The notes beneath the pieces were generated by a model. It saw only the letters and a list, made by a program, of their open reading frames with translations. It searched no databases and was not told where the DNA came from. A program made the position numbers and the translations under genes. A stretch of DNA of 64,000 bases from an uncultured Acidobacteriota bacterium (lineage in GTDB: Bacteria; Acidobacteriota; Vicinamibacteria; Fen-336), in the NCBI GenBank assembly GCA_963720545.1, contig OY970399.1:3040001-3104000 (forward strand), given 5' to 3'. Numbering within the stretch: the stretch's first letter is position 1; each line of letters begins with the position of its first letter. This document shows positions 28,009-36,860 of this stretch, one piece after another.

Positions 28009-30683
28009 TCTCGCGGCTGCGCAGCCTTTGTGACCGCGTGCTCGCGCTCTTCCGCGCCCGCCGGCTCGACGACGACCTCGACGCCGAGATCGCCGCGCAC
28101 CTGCAGATGGCCGAGGACGAAGCGATGGCGGGTGGCCTGAGCCCGGACGCCGCGCGTCGCGCCGCGCGTATCGCCCTCGGCGGCATCGAGCCGACCAAGG
28201 AGCGCCATCGCGAGGCCCGTGGCCTGCCGCACGTCGAGAGCGTGGTGCAGGACCTGCGCGACGCGGTGCGGAGCCTGCGGCGCACGCCGTCGTTCACCGC
28301 GCTCGCGGTGTCGATCCTTGCGCTCGGTATCGGTGGCAACACCGCCGTCTTCAACCTGGTGAGCGCGGTGCTGCTGCGCCCTCTGCCGTTTCCCGACCCC
28401 GAGCGCCTGCTGGTCCTCTGGGAAGACTTCGCCGCGACCGGCGCGCGCGGCGGCACCAGCCGCGTCGAGCCGTCACCCGCGAATTATTCAGCGTGGCGCT
28501 CGCGAAGTCGCAGCGTCGCATCGATGGCGGCGCTCGAGCCGCGGATCTACAACCTCACCGACGGCGGCGAGCCGGAGAAGCTCGTCGGCATGCGCGCCAC
28601 CGGCAACCTGTTCGAGATCCTCGGCATGCGCGCTATCGTCGGCCGCTCCTTCTCCGCCGCGGACGAGGACCAGGGTGCGCCGGTGGTGGTCGTGGCCGAG
28701 CGCCTCTGGCGGCAGCGATTCGCCGCCGACCCTGGCCTCGTCGGCCGCTCGCTGCGTCTCAACGGCCTGGCCCACACCGTCGTTGGCGTGGTGCCGGACG
28801 ACTTTCGTTTTCCCGACGGCGAAGCGACGCTGTGGGTACCGGCTGCCTTCACGCCTGCGGAACTGCGCTCGCACGGCGCGCACTGGTACGTCGTCGGCAG
28901 GCTGGCCGCGAGCGCCACTCTGGCACAGGCGCGCGCCGAGATGGCCGCGATCGCGCAGCGCATGGTGGAGGAAAATCCCGCCGCCAACGCCGGCGTCTCG
29001 GTGAGCGTCACGACGCTCCACGAGCAGCTCGCCGGCGACTCCCGGCCGGCGCTGCGGATGCTGCTTGGCGCGGTGGCGCTCGTCCTGCTCATCGCCTGCG
29101 CCAACGTGGCAAGCCTGCTGTTCGCGCGCGGCGCCAACCGACGCAAGGAGCTGGCAGTGCGGCGTGCGCTCGGCGCCGACCGTGCCCGCATCTTCCGCCA
29201 GCTGTTCACCGAGAGCATGCTGCTCGGCATCCTCGGCCTGGCACTCGGCGTCGGCCTCGCCGTGTTGTCGCACGCCTACCTGGCGCGCCTGGTGCCTGGC
29301 GGGCTGCCGCCAGCCGTGTCGCCAACGCTCGACCTGCGCGTGCTCGCCGCTACCGTGCTCACGGCATTCGCTGCGGTGCTCTCGTTTGGCGCCTGGCCCG
29401 CGTTCACCGCGGCGCGGCCCGATGTCAATGAGGCCCTCAAGTCTGGTGGCGGCCGCGGCGCCAGCGCGAGCACCGCGCGCGTGCGCCACGCGCTGGTGGT
29501 CGCCGAGGTCGCGCTCACCGTCGTCCTGTTGTCGGCGGCCGGGCTCCTCATGCGCAGCTACTCGGAAGTGACGGCCGTACGTCCCGGGTTCGAGCCGCGC
29601 AACCTGCTCATCGCCGAGACCAACCTGCCCGCCGCGAAATACGGGACACGCACTCAGCGGACGGCGTTTTACCAGCAGGTCCTCGAGCGCGTGAACCAGC
29701 TGCCGGGCGTCGCCGCCGCGGGCTATGTGAACTATCCGCCGCTGACCCTGAAGGAGGGCCGCGGCTACCTCACTCTCGAAGGGCGTGACGCCCCGCCTTT
29801 CGAAGCCCGTGCGCGCCAGGTCGTCAGCTGGCGAGTGGTGAGCGTGCGTTACCTGCAGGCGCTCGGCGTCCCGCTGCTGCGCGGGCGCCATCTCGACGAG
29901 CGCGACGGCTCGGGTGTGCCACCCTCGGTCCTCGTCAACGAGGCGATGGCGCAGCTGCACTGGGCGGACGGCGACCCGGTGGGGCAGCGCCTGAAGCTGG
30001 GGCGCGAGCAAAGCGGGAATCCCTGGGCCACGATCGTGGGTGTCGTCGGCGACGTCCATCAGATGGGTCTCGAGGTTGCAGCCGAGCCCGAGGTCTACTT
30101 CTCGCTCGACCAGGACAGCGGCTCGACGCCTTTCTTCTGGCCGCAGCACCTCGTGGTGCGTGTCGTCGCCGAACGCGACCCGCTGGCGCTGGCGCCGGCA
30201 CTGCGCGGCGCGGTCGCTGCCGTCGACCGCGAGCAGCCGCTGTCGAACGTGCGCTCCATGGAGCAGGTGATCGCCGCCGAGATGCGCAATCGCGGAACGC
30301 AGGCGACGCTGATCGGCGCCTTTGCGCTGCTGGCGCTGTTCCTGTCCGCCGCCGGCCTCTACGCGGTCTTGTCCTTCGACGTGGCGCAGCGCAGCGCCGA
30401 GATCGCCGTGCGGATGGCGCTCGGCGCCGGCCGCGGCGCGGTCCTCGCGCTGGTGGTGCGCCAGGCGCTGCGGCCCGCGGTGATCGGAGTGGCGCTCGGC
30501 CTTGGCGGCACGCTGGCAAGCGCCAGCCTGTTGCAAGCGCTCCTCTTCGGCGTCGGCGCCGCGGACCCGCTGACGCTCTGCGCCGTGCCCGTCGTGCTGG
30601 TCGCCGTGGCGCTGCTCGCGAGCCTTGCGCCCGCGAGCCGGGCCGTACGTGTCGATCCGGTCGCCGCGCTGCGCGGCGAGTGA
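28005..30683 (+). CDS. ADOP-type duplicated ABC permease (MacB_PCD/FtsX x2)
   Basis: LDAEIAAHL prefix, LALGIGGNTAVF, LLIACANVASL, ELAVRRALGA, second EIAVRMALGA, DPVAALRGE. Confidence 0.92.
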   Translation: MISRLRSLCDRVLALFRARRLDDDLDAEIAAHLQMAEDEAMAGGLSPDAARRAARIALGGIEPTKERHREARGLPHVESVVQDLRDAVRSLRRTPSFTALAVSILALGIGGNTAVFNLVSAVLLRPLPFPDPERLLVLWEDFAATGARGGTSRVEPSPANYSAWRSRSRSVASMAALEPRIYNLTDGGEPEKLVGMRATGNLFEILGMRAIVGRSFSAADEDQGAPVVVVAERLWRQRFAADPGLVGRSLRLNGLAHTVVGVVPDDFRFPDGEATLWVPAAFTPAELRSHGAHWYVVGRLAASATLAQARAEMAAIAQRMVEENPAANAGVSVSVTTLHEQLAGDSRPALRMLLGAVALVLLIACANVASLLFARGANRRKELAVRRALGADRARIFRQLFTESMLLGILGLALGVGLAVLSHAYLARLVPGGLPPAVSPTLDLRVLAATVLTAFAAVLSFGAWPAFTAARPDVNEALKSGGGRGASASTARVRHALVVAEVALTVVLLSAAGLLMRSYSEVTAVRPGFEPRNLLIAETNLPAAKYGTRTQRTAFYQQVLERVNQLPGVAAAGYVNYPPLTLKEGRGYLTLEGRDAPPFEARARQVVSWRVVSVRYLQALGVPLLRGRHLDERDGSGVPPSVLVNEAMAQLHWADGDPVGQRLKLGREQSGNPWATIVGVVGDVHQMGLEVAAEPEVYFSLDQDSGSTPFFWPQHLVVRVVAERDPLALAPALRGAVAAVDREQPLSNVRSMEQVIAAEMRNRGTQATLIGAFALLALFLSAAGLYAVLSFDVAQRSAEIAVRMALGAGRGAVLALVVRQALRPAVIGVALGLGGTLASASLLQALLFGVGAADPLTLCAVPVVLVAVALLASLAPASRAVRVDPVAALRGE

Positions 30684-30690
30684 CGGCGCG

Positions 30691-31164
30691 CTAGAAGCGC
30701 AGCCCGAACGCCAGCGTGAAGTTGGTTTCGTCGGTGCGCACCACGCGGCCCTGCAGGTAGGGTATGAAGCGGCCGGAGCGGAAGCCGACCGCCCACATGA
30801 AGTTGGTGGCGAAGTCGGTGTGCGACGAATCGTCGTCCATCTTCGGGTCGGCGCGCACCACGCCGATGCCGGCGCCCAGCCAGATGACGAGCGACGAGCT
30901 GGTCGCGAAGTCGGTGTGCAGGTCGGCGTTGAGGGCGGTGTAGTTCACGTAGGTCGTGAACGTTTCCTCGGCGTTGGGATTGAACGTCAGGTGCTTCGCC
31001 AAGGGCGCTGCCACCTCGACGCCGACGAGCGGCCCTTCGCCGAGGGTGTGCCCGCCGCGCACACCGAACATCGTCCTGTCCTCGGCTCGCGCCGCGCCGG
31101 TCGTTCCCAGAAGGAAGAGGGCTGCGGCAACGCCCGCGCTTGCAAAACTCAAGCGTGCGTTCAT
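30691..31164 (-). CDS. Small outer-membrane beta-barrel protein
   Basis: Signal peptide, amphipathic beta strands, terminal GLRF; GGAGG SD. Confidence 0.65.
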   Translation of the reverse strand: MNARLSFASAGVAAALFLLGTTGAARAEDRTMFGVRGGHTLGEGPLVGVEVAAPLAKHLTFNPNAEETFTTYVNYTALNADLHTDFATSSSLVIWLGAGIGVVRADPKMDDDSSHTDFATNFMWAVGFRSGRFIPYLQGRVVRTDETNFTLAFGLRF

Positions 31165-31255
31165 CGGACCTCCATCGAAGACCCGAGCTTGGGCTTTGAT
31201 GGCGGCGCGGCCGTGTGACCGTGCACACAGCCGCGGGCGAAAGATTCGGGACGCG

Positions 31256-33013
31256 TTATCGAGCTTGCGTAGTGGCGGCCGCGTTACGATGTGAATCGAG
31301 GAAGGCGCGCGCCGTCGCGACCTCGCTGCGATCGCTGCCGGCCGCGACCATGCTCGTCAGTTCGGTGTAGTACTTCGCGGCCAGCGCCACCTGGCCGCTG
31401 CGCTCGGCCGCGCGGCCTGCGCCGAACAGGCTGTTGAAGCGGCGCGGCGTGAGCTTGAGGGTCGCCTCGTACTCCGCGAGCGCCTCGCGGTTCTGGCCGC
31501 GCTCGGCCAGGAAATCGGCGAGCACCTCGCGCGCCGGCAGCAGCGAGCCGGGGCTGACGGGATGCTTGCCCAGCAGCTCGTCGGCGTCCGCCGCTTCGCG
31601 CAGCGCCTTCTCCGCGACCTCCGGCTGGCCGACGGCGTACGCAAGCCAGCCGTCGACGATGCGCATCTGCATCTGCGCCTGTTTCTGGAAGTAGGCCTGG
31701 CGCGGGTCGGTCATGCCCTCGGCCAGCTTGCCGAGGTCGGCCTGCGCCGCGCGCGCTGCGTCGAGCTTGCCGGCCCGCGCCGCGCCGAACGCCCGTGCGA
31801 ACGCGAGATGCGCGCCGCCGAACGGGTAGAGCTCCCAGGACGTGGACGGCACACGGGTCAGCGCCGCGGCCTCACTCCACTGCCGCCGCTCCAGCGCGTA
31901 ACGCGCGGGGATGGCGCCGGTCGCGTACGCCACCGCGAAGTCCACCGCGGGGAAGGTGGTGCGCACCGAGGCGGCGGTGTCGACTACCGACCTGGCGAGC
32001 GCGTCCTGCCCGGTCTGCAGGTAGCCGTAGATCAGGTAGTCGAGCGCGTGCAGCTCGTCGAAGGAATGCACGCCCGGGTACTTCTCGGCCGCGTAGTCAC
32101 GGGCCGCGCCGGCCGAAGCCATGTTGGAGGCGACGACCTCCTGCCACATGCCAAGGCGGGTGAAGATGTGCGAGGGCATGTGCAGCGCATGCGGCACGCG
32201 CGGCGCGATGCGGGCGTAGGCGGTGGCTGCCGGCAGGCCCTTGGTCGCGACCGGCGGGGAGTCGTAGCCGTGGATCAGGTAATGGATGATCCCGGGATGG
32301 TTGGGATGCGCCTTATAGAGCGGCTCCAGCAGCGAGGTCGCGAGCGTCTGGTTCTTCAGCGTCTTGTCGGTGGGCGGTGCCGTCGCGAGCAGGGCGAGAG
32401 CGTAGAAGGCGGTGACTTCGACATCGTCGGGCAGGCTCGCGTGCAGCGCGCCCATCGCGCGCTCGTAGGCGATGGCCCGCGCCGGGTGATCGCCGCCGCC
32501 GGTGGGACCATGGCACGACACGCCTTCCTCGCCGCCCGCGCCCTTGGCAGGACGCGCATAGAACGCATCGAGGGCGCCGATCATGCCGCGCTCCACCTCG
32601 GTCTTGCCGCCGATCGTCTTCGCCTTCGCCATCGCCGCCGCACCCGCCTGCATCGCCTCCGCTTCCGGCGCGGCCCATAGCGGATGCCACAAGGTCATGG
32701 CGATGCCCCACTGCGCCATCGCGCAGCCGGGATCTTTCGCCGCGACCGCCTCGAACGTGCGGCGCGACTCCTCGTAGAAGAAAGAGTGGAGGAGCGCCAC
32801 GGCGCGCCTCCACTCGGGTTCGACTGCCTTGGCGCACGACGTGGCGAGCAGCACGTCACCCACCTGCGCGATGTCGCCGACCACGCGTGTGTCCGATTGC
32901 GGAGCCGCGGCCGGCGCCTGCTGTGGCGCCTGCGCTGCTGCCACTGAGGGGAAAACTGCAGCGACGAATGCGACCGGCCAGATGCCGGCGGTCCGCCGCG
33001 GATGAACGAACAT
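31256..33013 (-). CDS. Exported TPR-like repeat protein of unknown function
   Basis: Signal peptide; LLHSFFYE, CAMAQWG, HYLIH, PHALHMPSHIF; helical repeats. Confidence 0.75.
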   Translation of the reverse strand: MFVHPRRTAGIWPVAFVAAVFPSVAAAQAPQQAPAAAPQSDTRVVGDIAQVGDVLLATSCAKAVEPEWRRAVALLHSFFYEESRRTFEAVAAKDPGCAMAQWGIAMTLWHPLWAAPEAEAMQAGAAAMAKAKTIGGKTEVERGMIGALDAFYARPAKGAGGEEGVSCHGPTGGGDHPARAIAYERAMGALHASLPDDVEVTAFYALALLATAPPTDKTLKNQTLATSLLEPLYKAHPNHPGIIHYLIHGYDSPPVATKGLPAATAYARIAPRVPHALHMPSHIFTRLGMWQEVVASNMASAGAARDYAAEKYPGVHSFDELHALDYLIYGYLQTGQDALARSVVDTAASVRTTFPAVDFAVAYATGAIPARYALERRQWSEAAALTRVPSTSWELYPFGGAHLAFARAFGAARAGKLDAARAAQADLGKLAEGMTDPRQAYFQKQAQMQMRIVDGWLAYAVGQPEVAEKALREAADADELLGKHPVSPGSLLPAREVLADFLAERGQNREALAEYEATLKLTPRRFNSLFGAGRAAERSGQVALAAKYYTELTSMVAAGSDRSEVATARAFLDSHRNAAATTQAR

Positions 33014-33075
33014 GGGGCTACCTCTTTTCGCGCGGGGGGGGGTGCCTGACTTCTACCACCCCCACGGAAAGCGTG

Positions 33076-35361
33076 TCAATGCCCTGTTTTCGTCACCTCG
33101 AAGCTCGCCTGCAGGCCGCCGTCCGAGCTGGCGCCAGCCGTGACGCGGAACTCGCCGGGCTCCACCACCCACTTGAAGCCGCGGTCGTAGAGCCCGAGGT
33201 CGGCGGGGCCGAGCGTGAACTCGAGCGTGCGTGACTCGCCCGGGTTGAGCGTGACCCGCTCGAAGCCGCGCAGCTGCTTCACGTTGCGCGAGACGCTCGC
33301 CACCACGTCGCTCACGTAAACCTGCACCACCTCGTCGCCGGCGCGCTCGCCGGTGTTCTTCACGTTCACCGACACCCGGATCGTGCTGTCGGGGGCGATG
33401 CGTTCGGCGCTGAGCCGCAGCGCCTTCAGCTCGAACGTCGTGTAGCTGAGGCCGAAGCCGAAGGGGAACTGCGGCGTCGCCGGCAGGTCGAGATACTTGG
33501 AGGTCCACTTCTCGGCGCCGGGCGGGCGGCCGGTGTTCTTGTGCGCGTAGTAGATCGGGATCTGTCCGGCGCTGCGCGGAAACTCCATCGGCAGCTTGCC
33601 GCCGGGATTGACGTCGCCGAACAGCAGGTCGGCCGCGGCGCTGCCCGCCTCGGTGCCGCCTTGCCAGAGCTCGAGGATGGCGGGCACGTTGTCGGCGAGC
33701 CACGCAATGGTGAGCGGCCGCCCGTTGACCAGCATCACGACCGTCGGCTTGCCGACGGCGTGCACCGCCTTCACCAGGTCGAGCTGCCGTCCCGGCAGCG
33801 AGATGTCGGAGCGCGCCGCCGCCTCGCCGCTCATCGCGTCCGACTCGCCGACCACCAGCACCACCGCGTCCGCCGAGCGCGCCGCGTCCACCGCGGCCGC
33901 GAAGCCGTCGTCCGCGCCGCCCTCCACGTCGCAGCCGCGCGCATGCACCACTTTGGTGCCGGCGCCCACCGCGGCCTGGATGCCGGCGAGGATCGAGACC
34001 GCGTCTTCCTTGCGCCCGTCGCCGAGCCACGAGCCGAGGACGGATTGCGGGTCGTCGGCCAGCGGGCCGATGACCGCGAGCGTGCCGAGGTTCTTGCGCA
34101 GCGGCAACACGCCCCCGACATTGCGCAGCAGCACCGCGGAGCGCGCCGCGGCATCGCGCGCCAGCCGCCGCGACTGCACCGTCAGCCGCTCGTTGGCGCG
34201 CGACTCGTCCGCGTACGGGCTTTCGAAGAGGCCGGCGCGCATCTTGACACGCAGCACGCGGCGCACGGCTTCGTCCACCACCCGCAGCGGCAGCTTGCCG
34301 CTGCGCACCAGCGCCTGGCCGTGGCGGTTGTAGAACCGGCTCACCATTTCCATGTCGACGCCGGCGCCGAGTGCCAGCAGCGCCGCGTCGGCCTCGCCGG
34401 CGGCGACGCCATGCTTCAGCAGCTCCATCACCGACGTGTAATCGCTCACCACCAGGCCGTCGAAGCGCCATTCACCGCGCAGCACGGTGCCGAGAGTGAA
34501 GGCGTTGGCGGTGCCTGGCGTGCCATCGATGTCGTTGAAGGAGCTCATGAAGGTCGCCACTCCCGCATCGCGCGCCGCCTTGAACGGCGGGAAGTACAAC
34601 TCGCGCAACGCCCGTTCCGTGACGTCGGTGGTGTTGTAGTCGCGGCCGCCCTCGGCGGCGCCGTACGCCACCCAGTGCTTGGCGGTTGCCGCAACCCGGT
34701 CGCGCTGGGAGTAGTCGCCGCCCTGGAAGCCGCGCACACGCGCCGCGCCGAGCACGCTGCCGAGATAGGGATCGCTGCCGGCGCCTTCCGCCACCCGCCC
34801 CCAGCGCGGATCGCGGGTGACGTCGAGCATCGGCGCGAACGTCCACTTCACGCCGGCCGCGGCCGTCTCGTTGGCGGCCGCATGCGCGGTGGCTTCGGCG
34901 AGCACCGGGTCGAAGCTCGCCGCTTCGCCGAGCGGGATGGGGAAGATGGTGCGGTAGCCGTGGATCGTGTCGTAACCGAAGAGCAGCGGGATCTTGAGCC
35001 GCGAGCGCTCCACGGCGGCCTTCTGCAGCGGGTTGACATTGGCCGCGCCGCGCACGTTGAGCACCGAGCCCAGCAGGCCGCGCGCCGCGAGCGCGAGATG
35101 TTCCGGGCGGGAGCGGCCGTCGGCCTCGCCGTCGAGCTGCTGCAACTGGCCGAGCTTCTCCGCGAGCGTCATCTGCCGCAGCAGCTTCTCGATGCGCGGC
35201 GCCAGAGGATCGGCTGGCCGTGCCGCGACGGCGATGCGCTGCGGCGGCCGCCGTGCAGCCGGGCGCGCCGCGGCCTGAGCCGCCAGGGGCGCCGGTGCGG
35301 CCAGGGCCAGTGCCAGTGCCAGTGCCAATGCGGGTGCGGCCAACGAGCGCGTTGCCATCAT
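33076..35361 (-). CDS. bglX: GH3 periplasmic beta-glucosidase (BglX-like)
   Basis: MTLAEKLGQL, DTIHG, RDPRWGR, KHW, VVSDY nucleophile, SGE acid/base, FGFGLSYT and Fn3-like tail; signal peptide. Confidence 0.88.
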   Translation of the reverse strand: MMATRSLAAPALALALALALAAPAPLAAQAAARPAARRPPQRIAVAARPADPLAPRIEKLLRQMTLAEKLGQLQQLDGEADGRSRPEHLALAARGLLGSVLNVRGAANVNPLQKAAVERSRLKIPLLFGYDTIHGYRTIFPIPLGEAASFDPVLAEATAHAAANETAAAGVKWTFAPMLDVTRDPRWGRVAEGAGSDPYLGSVLGAARVRGFQGGDYSQRDRVAATAKHWVAYGAAEGGRDYNTTDVTERALRELYFPPFKAARDAGVATFMSSFNDIDGTPGTANAFTLGTVLRGEWRFDGLVVSDYTSVMELLKHGVAAGEADAALLALGAGVDMEMVSRFYNRHGQALVRSGKLPLRVVDEAVRRVLRVKMRAGLFESPYADESRANERLTVQSRRLARDAAARSAVLLRNVGGVLPLRKNLGTLAVIGPLADDPQSVLGSWLGDGRKEDAVSILAGIQAAVGAGTKVVHARGCDVEGGADDGFAAAVDAARSADAVVLVVGESDAMSGEAAARSDISLPGRQLDLVKAVHAVGKPTVVMLVNGRPLTIAWLADNVPAILELWQGGTEAGSAAADLLFGDVNPGGKLPMEFPRSAGQIPIYYAHKNTGRPPGAEKWTSKYLDLPATPQFPFGFGLSYTTFELKALRLSAERIAPDSTIRVSVNVKNTGERAGDEVVQVYVSDVVASVSRNVKQLRGFERVTLNPGESRTLEFTLGPADLGLYDRGFKWVVEPGEFRVTAGASSDGGLQASFEVTKTGH

Positions 35362-35368
35362 GATTGCC

Positions 35369-36847
35369 TCATGCCGCGGGCTCCATGCGGTAGGCGTCGA
35401 GCCAGCCGCCGCGAAAGCCCGCCCGCACGAGGCCTCGCTGGATGTGGGGATTGCGGCGCATGACGCGCCAGACGAAACCACTGCGGTAGTTCTCGATCAT
35501 GCCGAGGATCGGGCCCTGGTCGATGCCGAGGTAATCGGTGTCGAACCAGCCCGCGCCGGGCACGACGCGGCCCTGCTTCACCGGCGTGCCGTCGGGCACC
35601 GACGGGTTCCAGGCGTCGACGAAGCCGTAGTCGGAATAGAGATGCGCGCCGTAGCGCGCGCGAATCGCGAGCGCCGCGGCGATCACGGCCTCCGGCGCGA
35701 ACGGCAGCGAGCCGAGCGCCGCGGTGGGCGTGAGCGTGCCGTCGTCGCGCTCCTCGTCCTGGCCGGCGCCGCGCGCGGAGTAGCCCCAGAACGTCACGCG
35801 CCGGCCGTTCACCAGCGCCTCGGCGTCGGGGCCGTCGCACGCCGACAATCCCCATATGTCCTTGCCGTAGCCGCTCCAGCCCATGGGATTGGCGGCGGCG
35901 TACTCGCGCTGCGCGAGCGTCGCGCGCCGCGAGTTCTCGAAATAGTCGAAGCCGATGCGCGCCGTGACCGCGTCGGTGATGCCGCGCAAGTCGAGCCACA
36001 GGTGCGAGTACTGGTGGCCGAACAGCGGCGCGAACGAGATATGGCGCTGGCCGCGGTAATCGCTGACACGCCGCTCCTTCGTATACGCATCCCACGCGTC
36101 GGTGCGCAGCGGGTGCGTCGGCGACGCGAGGCCCAGCACATAGAGCAGCATCGACTCGTCGTAGATCTGCCACTCGGCATCGTAGAAGCCGACGTCGGGG
36201 CGCCAGCCCATGGTGACGACAGGCGGCCGCGGTGACGCCCAGTCCCACTCGACGCGCGTGTAGATGCGCTCGGCGAGGTCGCGCACCTCGCGCTCGGCGG
36301 CATTCGCGCCGTCGAAATACGACTGCGCGAACAGCACGCCGGCGAGCAGCAGCGTGGTGTCGATCGTGGACAGCTCCACGTTCGGCGAGGAGCGCACGCC
36401 AGTGCGCATGTCGAGGAAGTGGTAGAAGAAGCCGCGGTAGCCGGTGGTACCTTCGGGCGCATCGCCCTGCGGCGCGCGCGCGAAGAAGCGCAGCGTCGCG
36501 AGGGTGCGCGCGAGGCCCTCGCCGCGCGTGATGTAACCGCGCTCGATGCCGATGGGATAGGCGGTCAGCGCGAACCCGACCGCCGCGATGCTCGACGGCG
36601 AATCGCTCGGATAGCGGTCGGGCACCAGGCCGTTCACGGGATTGCCGCGCTCCCAGAAGAAGCGGAAGGTGCGCGCCTGCAGGTCGTCGAAAAAGGGCGG
36701 GAGCTCGCCGGGACCAGGCGCCGGCGCAGGCGTGGGGCGGCTCGCCGGGGGAATGGCGGCGGACCCCGGCCTCTGCGCCGCGCAGGCGCCGAAAACCAGG
36801 GCCGCGGCGAGCGCCGCGGCCCGGCGAAGGGACGTCGCCCCGTGCAC
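35369..36847 (-). CDS. Glucoamylase-like (GH144-type) glycoside hydrolase, predicted lipoprotein
   Basis: FFWE...GLVPDR, SIAAVGF, GFFYHF, ELSTIDT, LFGHQYSH, YFENSR, WGLSACDGP, YGFVDA, LGIDQGP..IENYR; lipobox-like FGAC. Confidence 0.82.
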   Translation of the reverse strand: MHGATSLRRAAALAAALVFGACAAQRPGSAAIPPASRPTPAPAPGPGELPPFFDDLQARTFRFFWERGNPVNGLVPDRYPSDSPSSIAAVGFALTAYPIGIERGYITRGEGLARTLATLRFFARAPQGDAPEGTTGYRGFFYHFLDMRTGVRSSPNVELSTIDTTLLLAGVLFAQSYFDGANAAEREVRDLAERIYTRVEWDWASPRPPVVTMGWRPDVGFYDAEWQIYDESMLLYVLGLASPTHPLRTDAWDAYTKERRVSDYRGQRHISFAPLFGHQYSHLWLDLRGITDAVTARIGFDYFENSRRATLAQREYAAANPMGWSGYGKDIWGLSACDGPDAEALVNGRRVTFWGYSARGAGQDEERDDGTLTPTAALGSLPFAPEAVIAAALAIRARYGAHLYSDYGFVDAWNPSVPDGTPVKQGRVVPGAGWFDTDYLGIDQGPILGMIENYRSGFVWRVMRRNPHIQRGLVRAGFRGGWLDAYRMEPAA

Positions 36848-36860
36848 GACCGCTATTTTG

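Noticed and set aside
33034..33042. G9 tract as a phase-variation switch
   Set aside because: Intergenic, can pair with CACCCCC about 20 nt away as a hairpin, and no promoter elements clearly flank it.
35306..35323. (GCCAGT)3 microsatellite
   Set aside because: In-frame hexamer encoding Leu-Ala repeats of the GH3 signal peptide; length change would not shift the frame.
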